Shown piece by piece: positions 29,006-38,234 of a stretch of 64,000 bases of DNA. A model generated the notes under the pieces. The model saw only the letters and a program-made list of their open reading frames with translations, was not told the origin of the DNA and searched no databases. The translations under genes and the position numbers were made by a program. The DNA lies in contig JAFCCL010000007.1 of NCBI GenBank assembly GCA_017610205.1, forward strand, positions 1-64,000. The letters run 5' to 3'. Position 1 is the stretch's first letter. Each line of letters begins with the position of its first letter. The stretch is from Candidatus Iainarchaeum sp. (lineage in GTDB: Archaea > Iainarchaeota > Iainarchaeia > Iainarchaeales > GCA-2688035).

Positions 29006-29416
29006 ATGCCATTTGGAGATAGAACAGGACCAAACGGACTTGGCCCAATGACAGGTAGAGGAGCAGGCTACTGCGCCGGCTATTCAACGCCTGGATATGC
29101 CAACCCTGTTGGGAGCAGAGGCTTCTATGGTAGAGGTGCCGGCTTTGGAAGAGGTGGCGGCAGGGGCTTTGGACGCGGCTTTGGAAGAGACAACAGGCAG
29201 CGCTTTTACGCAACAGGCGTGCCAAGTAGGGTATACGGAACTTATGACCCTTATGCAGTGCCTTACGCAGCGCCTTACAACTCTGCTCAAGCACCAGCAC
29301 AGCCTTCAGAAGCTGAACTGCGCAGACAGGAAAAGGAAGCCCTGGGACAAGAAGCAAGTGCCTTGGAGCAAGAGCTTGCCGAGATAAAGAAAAGACTTGT
29401 CGAATTAGGCAAGTGA
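29006..29416 (+). CDS. DUF5320-family Gly/Arg-rich protein
   Basis: MPFGDRTGP.GLGPMTGRGAGYC; RGG repeats; C-terminal coiled coil. Confidence 0.88.
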   Translation: MPFGDRTGPNGLGPMTGRGAGYCAGYSTPGYANPVGSRGFYGRGAGFGRGGGRGFGRGFGRDNRQRFYATGVPSRVYGTYDPYAVPYAAPYNSAQAPAQPSEAELRRQEKEALGQEASALEQELAEIKKRLVELGK

Positions 29417-29435
29417 ACGGCAAGAAGCAAGTAGG

Positions 29436-29476
29436 CTGGCAGCCTTTGAAGGCTGTCAGTTTGGATTTTTTTTTGC
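29436..29476 (+). terminator. Hairpin plus T-tract terminator
   Basis: ctggcagcct-ttga-aggctgtcag followed by a T run. Confidence 0.5.
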
Positions 29477-29635
29477 TTACATGAATTCCAAGGCAGAATA
29501 GCCCACAAAGTATTCAAAGATTTAAGTTTAATAGTGGCTTTTAGGCTGTTCTAATTTCACTACTCGCTTGCCATTTAAAAATGGGTGTGGGCACAATAAT
29601 CACTATCAAAACTTGTTTTTGAGTGGTGTTTTTTT

Positions 29636-30043
29636 TTGTCTGACCTTGATGTAGAAAGAATCAAAGCAGAAAAATTAAGGAAAATGCAGGAGCAAATGCA
29701 TCAAAACGAGGTGAAAAAAGTGGAGATTGAAGTAAACGACGAAAATTTTCAAAAAGAAGTAATTGACAAAAGCAGAAATGTTCCGGTTGTGGTTGACTTT
29801 TGGGCAACTTGGTGCGCACCCTGCCTTACTCTTAGTCCGACCCTTGAAAAGCTTGCAAAAAAATTCAATGGAAAGTTTGTGCTGGCAAAAGCAAACGTTG
29901 ACGAAAGCAAGGCCGCAAGCACAAAATATGCCATCTCATGCATTCCTGCAGTGAAAATGTTTAAGAATGGAAAGGTAACAAACGAATTCATCGGAGCTTT
30001 GCCAGAAGCAGCGGTTGAACAGTGGCTTCGCAAAAACATCTGA
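29636..30043 (+). CDS. trxA: Thioredoxin
   Basis: VDFWATWCAPC, IP, FKNG; N-terminal helix SDLDVERIKAEKL. Confidence 0.9.
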   Translation: MSDLDVERIKAEKLRKMQEQMHQNEVKKVEIEVNDENFQKEVIDKSRNVPVVVDFWATWCAPCLTLSPTLEKLAKKFNGKFVLAKANVDESKAASTKYAISCIPAVKMFKNGKVTNEFIGALPEAAVEQWLRKNI

Positions 30044-30055
30044 AGGCAGTTAAAA

Positions 30056-30865
30056 ATGAAGATAAAAAAAATAACTATTTTTCCCGGCCGCAGCAAGCAA
30101 GGCGAAAAAGAATCCTTTGAAAAAATCGAGATATTAGCCGGGCAAAAAATAGGAATTGTCGGTCCAACAGGCTCGGGGAAAAGCCAATTGTTATATGACA
30201 TTGAAAAGCTTAGCCGAGGAGAAACAAAGACCCTAAGAAAGATTTTGATAAACGATAACAAAGTGCAGAAAGGCCTTAGAACAGACCCGGCAAGAAAAAT
30301 AATTGGCTATTTAACCCAGCATATGAATTTTATGACAGACACAACAGTCCAAAATTTTTTGGAAACCCATATAATGACAAGAGGCCGGCACAGGTCAGAG
30401 GAAAGCACCAAAGAGCTGGTTGAAAAGATAATAGAGTCCGCAAACACCATAACAGGCGAGGAAATCAACAAGAATACGAATTTACTTATTTTGTCAGGCG
30501 GGCAGTCAAGAGCTTTAATGGTTGCAGACCTTGCATATATCAGTGAGTCCCCAATTATCCTGATAGATGAAATAGAAAACGCTGGCATAAGAATCAGTGA
30601 AGCCCTTGACCTGTTAATCAAAAAGGGAAAAATAATCTTCTTGGTAACACACAACCCGATTCTTGCTTTGGATACTGACAAAAGGATGGTCATGAAAAAC
30701 GGGGCAATAAGCAACATTATTTATACCTCAGTTAAGGAAAGAGGAATTGCAAACTATCTTTCATGGATTGATAACTACATGTTAGATGTTAGAGAAGAGG
30801 TAAGAATGGGGAAAAAAGTGGAAGAACTGCGGCTGATATGTACGCCAATGGGGGTAAAAAGATGA
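30056..30865 (+). CDS. Stand-alone ABC-type ATPase (no permease nearby)
   Basis: GPTGSGKS, LSGGQSRALM, ILIDEIENAG, VTH. Confidence 0.88.
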   Translation: MKIKKITIFPGRSKQGEKESFEKIEILAGQKIGIVGPTGSGKSQLLYDIEKLSRGETKTLRKILINDNKVQKGLRTDPARKIIGYLTQHMNFMTDTTVQNFLETHIMTRGRHRSEESTKELVEKIIESANTITGEEINKNTNLLILSGGQSRALMVADLAYISESPIILIDEIENAGIRISEALDLLIKKGKIIFLVTHNPILALDTDKRMVMKNGAISNIIYTSVKERGIANYLSWIDNYMLDVREEVRMGKKVEELRLICTPMGVKR

Positions 30866-31653
30866 AAATAGCAATTTTTGGCGGAACACCAGGAAGCGGA
30901 AAAACAAGTGTAATCAAATTTGTAATGCAGGAACTGAAAGACTTAAGCATTCATTATGCAAAATTTGATGTTGTATCCACAGAAGACCACCTGCTAATAA
31001 AAAACAAGTTTGGGATAAACACTGAAAAGAAAATATCTGGAGAAATATGCCCAGACCATTACGCTGCACTTGAAATCCCAAAAATCGTTGAAAAGCACAA
31101 AAACAAAGATCTAATTATAATAGAAACAGCTGGGCTTTGCCTAAGGTGCTCGCCATATATAAACGAAGGACTTGCAATCAACATCCTGAACATTTTGGCA
31201 GGAAAGCCTTCAAGTTATGGTCCACTGCTAACACACGCTGACCTAGTGGCTACAACCAAGGGCGACCTGATTTCACAGGCAGAAAGGGAAATCTTCAGGT
31301 CGGAAGTTCTGAAAGTTGCCAAAAATGCTTCAATAATTGAAGCAAACGGCCTAACAGGCGAAGGTGCGATTGACATAGCAGAGGCAGTGAAAGAAAGCCC
31401 TGAAATAAAAGGAAAACTTACCTTGAAGCATTCCATGCCAACCGCTGTTTGCGGATACTGCTATGGAAACAAAACAATTGATTCAGAGGAAACATTGAAG
31501 CGTTACTCACTTGGCAAGGAACTGAAAGCAAGGATTCCAAACCTGAACTGCGGAAAATGCGGATTCAAATCATGCAATGAATTCATAAGAGCGGTTTTGG
31601 ATAAAAAAGTGAATGAAGATACGTGCCCTTACTTGAAAGGCAAGAAGGGATAG
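30862..31653 (+). CDS. HypB/UreG-like (G3E) Cys-rich GTPase fused to a putative Fe-S domain
   Basis: GTPGSGKT, CPDH, ETAGLCLRC, TKGD, CGYC; C-terminal NCGKCGFKSC..CP. Confidence 0.82.
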   Translation: MKIAIFGGTPGSGKTSVIKFVMQELKDLSIHYAKFDVVSTEDHLLIKNKFGINTEKKISGEICPDHYAALEIPKIVEKHKNKDLIIIETAGLCLRCSPYINEGLAINILNILAGKPSSYGPLLTHADLVATTKGDLISQAEREIFRSEVLKVAKNASIIEANGLTGEGAIDIAEAVKESPEIKGKLTLKHSMPTAVCGYCYGNKTIDSEETLKRYSLGKELKARIPNLNCGKCGFKSCNEFIRAVLDKKVNEDTCPYLKGKKG

Positions 31654-31655
31654 AA

Positions 31656-32000
31656 ATGAAAAAAGGGCTTAAAAAAGAACTTGATAATGCAATAGACACA
31701 TCGGGTACTGAATTAAAATGGGTTCCAGACCCAAAGGGATATTTTACAATAAAACCCATTTTCTCACAAAAAAAAGTTTTTGTAAGACATTATAACTCAA
31801 AAGATGTTTTAGAACAAACCTTTGCAGGAACAATCACACCAGAAATAGTTCAGGCAATTATCCAAAGAAAACTAATCTCAAGATTAGACCATGCTGCCTA
31901 TCTTGGAAAGGAAACAGAAAAAGCAATAATCGCATTAAAAAACAAACTAGAGTATGTTCAAGGCAACAAATTGCACTTAGAAAGTAAAATAAGGGATTAA
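31656..32000 (+). CDS. DUF4346-like protein
   Basis: DPKGYF.I..HY..G..ISRLDHAAYLGKE.EKA..AL..YVQ. Confidence 0.8.
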   Translation: MKKGLKKELDNAIDTSGTELKWVPDPKGYFTIKPIFSQKKVFVRHYNSKDVLEQTFAGTITPEIVQAIIQRKLISRLDHAAYLGKETEKAIIALKNKLEYVQGNKLHLESKIRD

Positions 32001-32057
32001 TTGAAACGTTTCAAACCTGAAAATTTTATGGACTGGAGATAAATTGGAGTTGGTAAA

Positions 32058-32411
32058 ATGCCATGGGTAGACAAAGAAAAATGCACAGGCTGCACTATTT
32101 GTGTGAAAAACTGCCCGGTAGAAGCTATTAGTATGGAAAATGGAAACGCCGAAATAGATATGGATAAATGCATAAGATGCGGCAAATGCCATGAAGTATG
32201 TCCTCAAGAAGCAGTCAGGCATGACAGCGAGAAAATTCCACAAGAAATTGAAGAAAATATTGAATGGGCAAAAAGACTAATGAAACACTACAAAACAAAA
32301 AAAGAAAAGAAGGAATTTCTGAAAAGAATGGTTAAACATTTTAACAAAGAAAAAAAGGTTGCGGAAGAAAGCCTTAACAAGATTAAAGAAATCGAGGCTG
32401 ACAAAAAATGA
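32058..32411 (+). CDS. 2[4Fe-4S] ferredoxin with a helical C-terminal extension
   Basis: CTGCTICVKNCP and CIRCGKCHEVCP. Confidence 0.9.
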   Translation: MPWVDKEKCTGCTICVKNCPVEAISMENGNAEIDMDKCIRCGKCHEVCPQEAVRHDSEKIPQEIEENIEWAKRLMKHYKTKKEKKEFLKRMVKHFNKEKKVAEESLNKIKEIEADKK

Positions 32412-32992
32412 ACAAAGAAATGAGAAACTGGGAAGGAAAAGAAGGAATCAGATTCCTAAAGAGAATTGGAATTAAGCCAGGCCAGAAAGTCTTGGATTTT
32501 GGGGCGAGAGTCGGACACTATTCGATTCCGGCGGCAGTGGTTGTTGGAAACCGCGGAAAAGTTTACGCCTTGGATAAAAACAAAGACCCTTTAAACGAAT
32601 TAAAAAGAAAGGCTACAGAACAAAAACTGGAAAACATAATCTTGGTCAAAACCAATGGCAGGTTGAAAACCGAGCTGGAAAATAACTCTGTTGACGCTGC
32701 ACTTGCTTATGACGTATTGCACTTGATAGACGACAGAAAAAAGTTGTACATGGAAATCAACCGAGTTCTTCAAAAGAATGGCCTGTTTTCAGTATATCCA
32801 AAACACAACAAATTAGACCAACCAGAACAAAGCTTGAAAAATCTGGGACCAAAAGACATTGTGAAAGAAATAGAAGCCCACAACTTTTATTTTGAAAAAA
32901 AGCATTGTGGGCTTATAAGCCATGATGATTTTTTCAACAAAGGATGCGTTTTGAATTTCAGGAAAAAGAGAACTCCTAGAGGCAAGAAATAA
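32408..32992 (+). CDS. Class I SAM-dependent methyltransferase
   Basis: VLDFGARVGHY, VYALD, SVD..YDVLH. Confidence 0.85.
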   Translation: MNKEMRNWEGKEGIRFLKRIGIKPGQKVLDFGARVGHYSIPAAVVVGNRGKVYALDKNKDPLNELKRKATEQKLENIILVKTNGRLKTELENNSVDAALAYDVLHLIDDRKKLYMEINRVLQKNGLFSVYPKHNKLDQPEQSLKNLGPKDIVKEIEAHNFYFEKKHCGLISHDDFFNKGCVLNFRKKRTPRGKK

Positions 32993-33198
32993 TGAAAAAA
33001 ACAATAAACGGCTGGTTGTTTAACAGAATAGAAAAGCTTGGAAACAAGGAATTTAACCATATTGGATGCGAAGGCGAAAACAGCTCTTTTGGAGACTTTC
33101 TTGCCTCGTTTGTGCCAAAAATAGGAACAAGAAGGAAAGCAAGGTTTACAATAGAAACGCTTGACAATTCTGAAAAAAAGGCGAGGAATAAGCACTAA
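32992..33198 (+). CDS. Small hypothetical protein
   Basis: 68 aa; TAATG-coupled within the operon. Confidence 0.6.
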   Translation: MKKTINGWLFNRIEKLGNKEFNHIGCEGENSSFGDFLASFVPKIGTRRKARFTIETLDNSEKKARNKH

Positions 33199-33218
33199 AA
33201 AGGAGGCAGTGATGGAAA

Positions 33219-33395
33219 ATGGTTAAAATAAACAAAAAGTTATGCGCTGGATGCGGAAACTGTGTGGAAGCATGCCCTTTTGAAGTATTAAAAATTAAAG
33301 ATGGAAAAGCAGTGGTTGTAGATTCGGAAAAATGCCAAAAATGCGGGGCCTGCATGTCAATCTGCCCAAACAACGCAATCAAAATTGAGGAATGA
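33219..33395 (+). CDS. 2[4Fe-4S] ferredoxin, 58 aa (absent from the ORF track)
   Basis: Read manually: MVKINKKLCAGCGNCVEACPFE...CQKCGACMSICPNNAIKIEE. Confidence 0.92.
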   Translation: MVKINKKLCAGCGNCVEACPFEVLKIKDGKAVVVDSEKCQKCGACMSICPNNAIKIEE

Positions 33396-33396
33396 T

Positions 33397-33663
33397 ATGA
33401 ACAGAAAAATCAAAAAACTTATCAAAGAATTTGAGGGATATGCAAAAGAAAACGGCTTTAGGCTAAATCCTGATTCAAAAATAGCGAAAGAAACGATAAG
33501 AGGGCTGCTTGAAAACGAGAAAAAGCATGGACAAAGGTACTGTCCCTGCAGAAGAGTAACAGGAAATAAGGAGGAAGACAAAAAAATAATCTGCCCCTGC
33601 ATTTATCACGAAAAAGAAATCAAAACACAGGGCCACTGCCTTTGCCAGTTGTTTTTCAAGTGA
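33397..33663 (+). CDS. Ferredoxin-thioredoxin reductase catalytic subunit
   Basis: YCPCR, ICPC, HCLC.LF. Confidence 0.92.
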   Translation: MNRKIKKLIKEFEGYAKENGFRLNPDSKIAKETIRGLLENEKKHGQRYCPCRRVTGNKEEDKKIICPCIYHEKEIKTQGHCLCQLFFK

Positions 33664-33669
33664 TTCAAA

Positions 33670-33987
33670 ATGCAGCTGCTTGTTTTTGTTTCATCACATT
33701 GCCCACACTGTCCAAAAGCAGTAACAGCCGTAAAAGAAGCTGTTTCCCAATACAGTGACTACAATTTGAGTTACAGAAAAATAAGGGCAAAAACAGCGGA
33801 AGCAAAACAAATTTCGGGCAAATATGGCATAAGGGCATACCCCACAATAATAGGCCTAAACGACCGTGAGGAAACAGTATGCAAAATTATTGGAGTGCCA
33901 AGCGAAGAAAAACTTAGGAAAGAAATTGAAAAAGCCCTTGGCCTGAGAAAATCGCTTTTCAGAAAAATTTTTGGCGGCAGGACATGA
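33670..33987 (+). CDS. Thioredoxin/glutaredoxin-like protein
   Basis: CPHC, YGIRAYPT, GVP. Confidence 0.85.
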   Translation: MQLLVFVSSHCPHCPKAVTAVKEAVSQYSDYNLSYRKIRAKTAEAKQISGKYGIRAYPTIIGLNDREETVCKIIGVPSEEKLRKEIEKALGLRKSLFRKIFGGRT

Positions 33988-34382
33988 ACCCAAACGATTT
34001 TTTAAACAAGGGAAACAAAATTGCAGTAGTGGGCGTTTCAGCCAATCAGAAAAAATGGGGCTTTAAAATATATGAAGAGCTAAAGTCTTCTGGCTTTCGC
34101 GTTTACCCAATAAACCCAAAACAAAAAATAATAGGGCAGGATGTCTGTTACCCAAATTTGGAAGCCTTGGCAGAAATCCCTGATGTTGTAATAACAGTTG
34201 TTCCCCCAAAGGTTACGGAACAAGTTGTAAAGCAGTGCAGAAAACTTGGCATAAAAAGAGTTTGGATGCAACCAGGCTCTGAATCAGAAAAAGCAATAAA
34301 GTTTTGCAAACACAATAATATTGAAATAATGCATGATGCTTGTTTTATTGTTAATGGTTTAAAAATGGGGGAAAAAAGATGA
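33984..34382 (+). CDS. CoA-binding protein (YccU-like)
   Basis: IAVVGVS, VYPINP, VWMQPG. Confidence 0.9.
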   Translation: MNPNDFLNKGNKIAVVGVSANQKKWGFKIYEELKSSGFRVYPINPKQKIIGQDVCYPNLEALAEIPDVVITVVPPKVTEQVVKQCRKLGIKRVWMQPGSESEKAIKFCKHNNIEIMHDACFIVNGLKMGEKR

Positions 34383-34723
34383 TAACTTTTGCATGCAAAA
34401 AAATAAGGCTGGATGAAATTGTCAGATGTTCATTTAGTTTGAACAAGACAGAATACAATGCGCTAATGTTTTTGCTTAAAAAAGAAAAAGAATTTGATAT
34501 TTACACTCTTTCTAAAAAAATGGGTTTAGAGAGGACAACCTTGCAAAAGGCACTAAAAAAGCTTTTAGACAAAAAGCTGGCAAAAAGAAGGCAGGTAAAT
34601 ATAGAAACAGGCGGCTATTTTTTTCTATACAATGTAAAAAACAAAGGCTCAATAAAGATGCGGCTTTTGGAGATAATTAGGCAATGGGAAAAAACCGCTG
34701 AAGAGGAAATACAAACCCTATAA
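34379..34723 (+). CDS. TrmB/MarR-like winged-HTH regulator with N-terminal cysteines
   Basis: FACKK..RCSFSLNKTEY, ERTTLQKAL..L, GGY. Confidence 0.8.
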   Translation: MITFACKKIRLDEIVRCSFSLNKTEYNALMFLLKKEKEFDIYTLSKKMGLERTTLQKALKKLLDKKLAKRRQVNIETGGYFFLYNVKNKGSIKMRLLEIIRQWEKTAEEEIQTL

Positions 34724-34725
34724 TA

Positions 34726-34740
34726 ATGCACATATGCACA
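34726..34740. promoter_or_regulatory. CATATG-centred imperfect palindrome upstream of a TATA box
   Basis: atgcacatatgcaca followed by tatttaaa at 34746; same core as 20912-20927. Confidence 0.4.
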
Positions 34741-34783
34741 AAACCTATTTAAATTGTTTGACATGCATTTGAATTGGTTTAAG

Positions 34784-35617
34784 ATGAAACAAATTGCAAT
34801 TACAGGTGGCAAGGGAGGGACAGGAAAAAGCACTGTTGCAACAGCTATTGCTGTAGAGCTTGGGAAAAGGCATAAAGTGCTTTTAGTTGACGCAGATGTT
34901 GACTGCCCCAATGACCACCTGCTGCTTGGAATTGAGAGAACGAAAGTCAGGACAGTATACCAAAGAATTCCAACGTGGGATTTTGAAAAATGCACCAAAT
35001 GCGGCAAGTGTGCAGAGACCTGCAAGGTCAATTCCATTTTTGGCCCAAAAGGAAAACAGCCCATTTTTTTACCACAGCAATGCAATGGTTGTGGCGCATG
35101 CGTTATAACCTGCCCTGCAAATGCAATAAGCTGGAGTGAAAAGGAAATCGGCGAAATTTTTAGGGGAAACGGCCATGGCATTGGTTTTATTTCAGGCGAG
35201 TTAAAGGTAAATGAAGCTGTTTCCGAATTTGTTGTCAATGCGTTAAAAGAGGAAGTTAAAAAAATTGGGAAAGGATACGATTTTATTTTGTTTGACACAG
35301 CAGCTGGAACCCATTGTGATGTGATTTCTGCTTTGGAAGGAAGCAGCATTGCTTTGGCTGTTACAGAGCCAACTCCGCTTGGAGAGCATGACCTTGAATT
35401 GATTATGAAGCTGTTGAAAAGGCTTGGCATAAAATTTGAAATTGTTTTGAACAGGTTTGAAGAAGGCATGGAAAAGCTGATTGAAAAAGTTGCTGAAAGC
35501 AACGGAAAAAAGATTGCGTCAAAAATACCCTACAGCAAAAAAATAATGGAAAACTACAGCAAAGGCATTCCAGTAAAACATGAAAGCATTGAAAAGATTG
35601 CGGAGCTGGTTGAATGA
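34784..35617 (+). CDS. MinD-like P-loop ATPase with inserted 2[4Fe-4S] domain (COG1149)
   Basis: GGKGGTGKS, DADVDCPN, two CxxCxxC..CP-type motifs, DTAAG, VTEPT. Confidence 0.9.
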   Translation: MKQIAITGGKGGTGKSTVATAIAVELGKRHKVLLVDADVDCPNDHLLLGIERTKVRTVYQRIPTWDFEKCTKCGKCAETCKVNSIFGPKGKQPIFLPQQCNGCGACVITCPANAISWSEKEIGEIFRGNGHGIGFISGELKVNEAVSEFVVNALKEEVKKIGKGYDFILFDTAAGTHCDVISALEGSSIALAVTEPTPLGEHDLELIMKLLKRLGIKFEIVLNRFEEGMEKLIEKVAESNGKKIASKIPYSKKIMENYSKGIPVKHESIEKIAELVE

Positions 35618-36495
35618 AAAAAATAACAGTTTTAAGCGGAAAAGGTGGTGTTGGAAAAAGCAGTATTGCCGGTTCGCTTGCAGTTCTTTTGGCAAAAAAG
35701 CATGAAGTTATCTGTGCCGACTGTGATGTTGACGCCTCAAACCTTGGGCTTGTTCTGGGATTAAAGGAAAAGGATTTTGAGGAATGGGAAAGAATTTCAA
35801 CAAACGAAAAGGCTGTTTTGGACGAAAAGAAGTGCAATGGCTGCAAAAAATGCGTTGAAAGCTGTTACTTTAAGGCAATCAAATGGAACAAGGAAAAAAA
35901 ACAGCCTGTTTTTGACAGCCTTATATGTGAAGGATGCGGCGCATGTGAAATAGTTTGCCCTGAAAACGCAATAATTCTTGAAAAAGTGCAAAATGCAAAA
36001 ATTGGATTTGGGAAAACAAAATACGGTTTTGGCATTGTTTCAGGACAGCTTGAAATGGGCGAATCTGGTTCTGGAAAGGTAGTGGCAGAAGTAAGAAAGC
36101 TTGCAGAAAAAAAAGGCAAGGGAGCGGAAATTATGGTTATTGATGCTGCAGCAGGAATAGGATGCCCTGTAATTGCCTCAGTTGTTGGAAGCGACTTTGT
36201 CATAGGGGTTACTGAACCAACGCCGTCAGGACTCTCAGACTTGAAGAGGGCTTTGCAGATGACAGAGCATTTTGGAATTGGTTGCGGGATTGTGATAAAT
36301 AAGCACGACCTTAATCCAAAATTTACAAAAAGGATTGAGGCATTTGCAAAAGAAAATGGTTTGGAAGTTCTTGCAAAAATTCCTTATGAAAAGGCATTTG
36401 TTGAGGCATTAATTAACCTTGTGCCAATAATTGAATTCAAATCAGAAACGAAAAAGTTTTTTGAAGAAATAATTGGCAAGCTTCCTAAGGATTAA
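35614..36495 (+). CDS. MinD-like P-loop ATPase with inserted 2[4Fe-4S] domain (COG1149), second paralog
   Basis: SGKGGVGKS, DCDVDA, CNGCKKC, CEGCGAC..CP, GIGCPV, VTEPT. Confidence 0.9.
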   Translation: MKKITVLSGKGGVGKSSIAGSLAVLLAKKHEVICADCDVDASNLGLVLGLKEKDFEEWERISTNEKAVLDEKKCNGCKKCVESCYFKAIKWNKEKKQPVFDSLICEGCGACEIVCPENAIILEKVQNAKIGFGKTKYGFGIVSGQLEMGESGSGKVVAEVRKLAEKKGKGAEIMVIDAAAGIGCPVIASVVGSDFVIGVTEPTPSGLSDLKRALQMTEHFGIGCGIVINKHDLNPKFTKRIEAFAKENGLEVLAKIPYEKAFVEALINLVPIIEFKSETKKFFEEIIGKLPKD

Positions 36496-36555
36496 GAAAC
36501 TTACTTAAAGGTTATGCACATTTAATAAATTCAATAAAAAAAGAAGTTGTTTTAA

Positions 36556-37392
36556 ATGAAAAAAATGCTTTTACTTGCATTAATTGCGTTTCTTTTCATG
36601 GCTTCAAGCGTAAGCGCTGAAACAGTATGTGGAGTCTATTTTACAAAAATTGGATGCCCTGTATGCTCAAAAGTAGACCCTGTTATTTTGGATCAATGGA
36701 TTTCAAGCAGGGATGATGCAGTGGTAATAGAATATGTTATGGACTCATGGTATGAACCACATGCAATCCTGATGGGAGAATACAATTTGGCACACGGGAC
36801 AGGCAGCTCTGTTCCATTAATGATAAAGAATGCTAATGAAACATGGGCAGGAATTCCTGCATTTTACACAAACGACAACATTTTTCAGCATGCTGAAGAA
36901 TTCTTTAAAGATGACGAAGGAAAATGCCTGCTTGTTGAAGGGGAAATTTCCTTTGAAGAAATTAATTTGAATGAATTGCCTGAAAAACCAAAGCTTTGGG
37001 CAGGCAAAAGGCTTTTGGTCAGGACAGGCGTTGCTGAAATTGAAAGCGATTTCCTAAAAGAGCTTTTGTTTAAAGAGGATTTGGTAGCAGTGCTTGCAGG
37101 CACGCAGTATGAGTTGAAGGAAGTAAAGGCAGAGCCAGCTCCCTACTCAGGCGGAGAAATTCCCTTTGCACAAGCGATTGACATTGGAGATGGATGGGTT
37201 TTAAAGCTAAAGGAAGCAATTGAATTGCCTGAAAATGTTGAGCAACTGCAAAATGGAGGCAATGGCGGGAATGGAAATGGCAATGAAGGTAATGGAAATG
37301 CTGTAGAAGCAAACCCGTTTGTTTTTCCTGCAATAGCAATGATTGTCTGTATTATTGCATTAATTATTTTCATTAAGGTGAAAAAGAAATGA
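36556..37392 (+). CDS. Exported, membrane-anchored thioredoxin-fold protein
   Basis: Signal peptide, GCPVC, SVP, Gly/Asn linker, C-terminal TM helix. Confidence 0.75.
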   Translation: MKKMLLLALIAFLFMASSVSAETVCGVYFTKIGCPVCSKVDPVILDQWISSRDDAVVIEYVMDSWYEPHAILMGEYNLAHGTGSSVPLMIKNANETWAGIPAFYTNDNIFQHAEEFFKDDEGKCLLVEGEISFEEINLNELPEKPKLWAGKRLLVRTGVAEIESDFLKELLFKEDLVAVLAGTQYELKEVKAEPAPYSGGEIPFAQAIDIGDGWVLKLKEAIELPENVEQLQNGGNGGNGNGNEGNGNAVEANPFVFPAIAMIVCIIALIIFIKVKKK

Positions 37393-38204
37393 CTGACTTG
37401 ACTATTCCGGCAATTGTTTCCCTTGCATTGGTTGACTCTATAAACCCATGTGCAATCGCTGTTTTGTCCCTTTTGATTATTGCATACATGACACACAATC
37501 CACATGAGAAAAAAAAAGCCTTGCTTGCAGGATTTTTCTTCATCTCAGCTGTTTACATTGTTTACCTTATTTATGCCATTGTTCTTGTTGAAACAATAGG
37601 CACCTTTATAGAAGTCATTTCCGGCTCGGAACTGTTTATTTACGGCGGCTTCAGCCTTGTTGCAATAGCATTAGGTGTTTTCAACATAAAGGACTTTTTC
37701 TGGTACAAACCAGGCGGTCTCTTGAGGGAAATGCCAGTGAAATGGAGGCCTGCAGTTCAAAAACTGTTAAGTGGAATTGAAAGCCCTAAAGGCGGCTTTA
37801 TTCTCGGAATTTTTGTAACAATTTTCCTCTTGCCATGTACAATTGGGCCATTGCTAATGGCCTGCACTTTGCTTGCAAAATACGGCTCGCTTTTCGCATT
37901 GCCATGGCTTTTGCTTTATAATTTAATCTTTGTTCTGCCAATGCTTGTAATTGTAATAGCAATTTACATTGGCTTGACAATGGTTGAAAGCGTAACAGAA
38001 TGGAAAGACAAGAACATCAAATACCTGCATTTGGTTGCCGGAATTATAATGGCAGCTATTGGATTATACCTTGCATGGGATGCAGAAAATGCATTTCACA
38101 TAATGCTTGGGCCAATTGACTTGAACTTTTTCACAATTGGAATAATTGAAATCCCTGTGCTGCTTGCAATAATTCTGTTCAGGCACAAAGCAAAGAAAGA
38201 ATAG
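37389..38204 (+). CDS. CcdA/DsbD-like transmembrane electron transporter
   Basis: DSINPCA and LPCT.GP membrane Cys pair; multiple TM helices. Confidence 0.82.
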   Translation: MTDLTIPAIVSLALVDSINPCAIAVLSLLIIAYMTHNPHEKKKALLAGFFFISAVYIVYLIYAIVLVETIGTFIEVISGSELFIYGGFSLVAIALGVFNIKDFFWYKPGGLLREMPVKWRPAVQKLLSGIESPKGGFILGIFVTIFLLPCTIGPLLMACTLLAKYGSLFALPWLLLYNLIFVLPMLVIVIAIYIGLTMVESVTEWKDKNIKYLHLVAGIIMAAIGLYLAWDAENAFHIMLGPIDLNFFTIGIIEIPVLLAIILFRHKAKKE

Positions 38205-38234
38205 TGCCTTTTTCTTTTTTTCCTCAATTAAATA

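Noticed and set aside
31656-33395. hgcAB mercury methylation or ArsM arsenic methylation locus
   Set aside because: No N(V/I)WCA(A/G)GK cap-helix protein, the ferredoxins lack the terminal CC, and the MTase lacks the ArsM cysteine set
34615-35502. Long antisense ORFs (this one, 27719-28288, 28836-29423, 49888-50630 and similar)
   Set aside because: They mirror well-supported genes on the other strand and have no motifs of their own
21430-36495. Nitrogen fixation cluster (NifX-like and NifH-like ATPases)
   Set aside because: No nifH/D/K/E/N; the ATPases are of COG1149 and Mrp types
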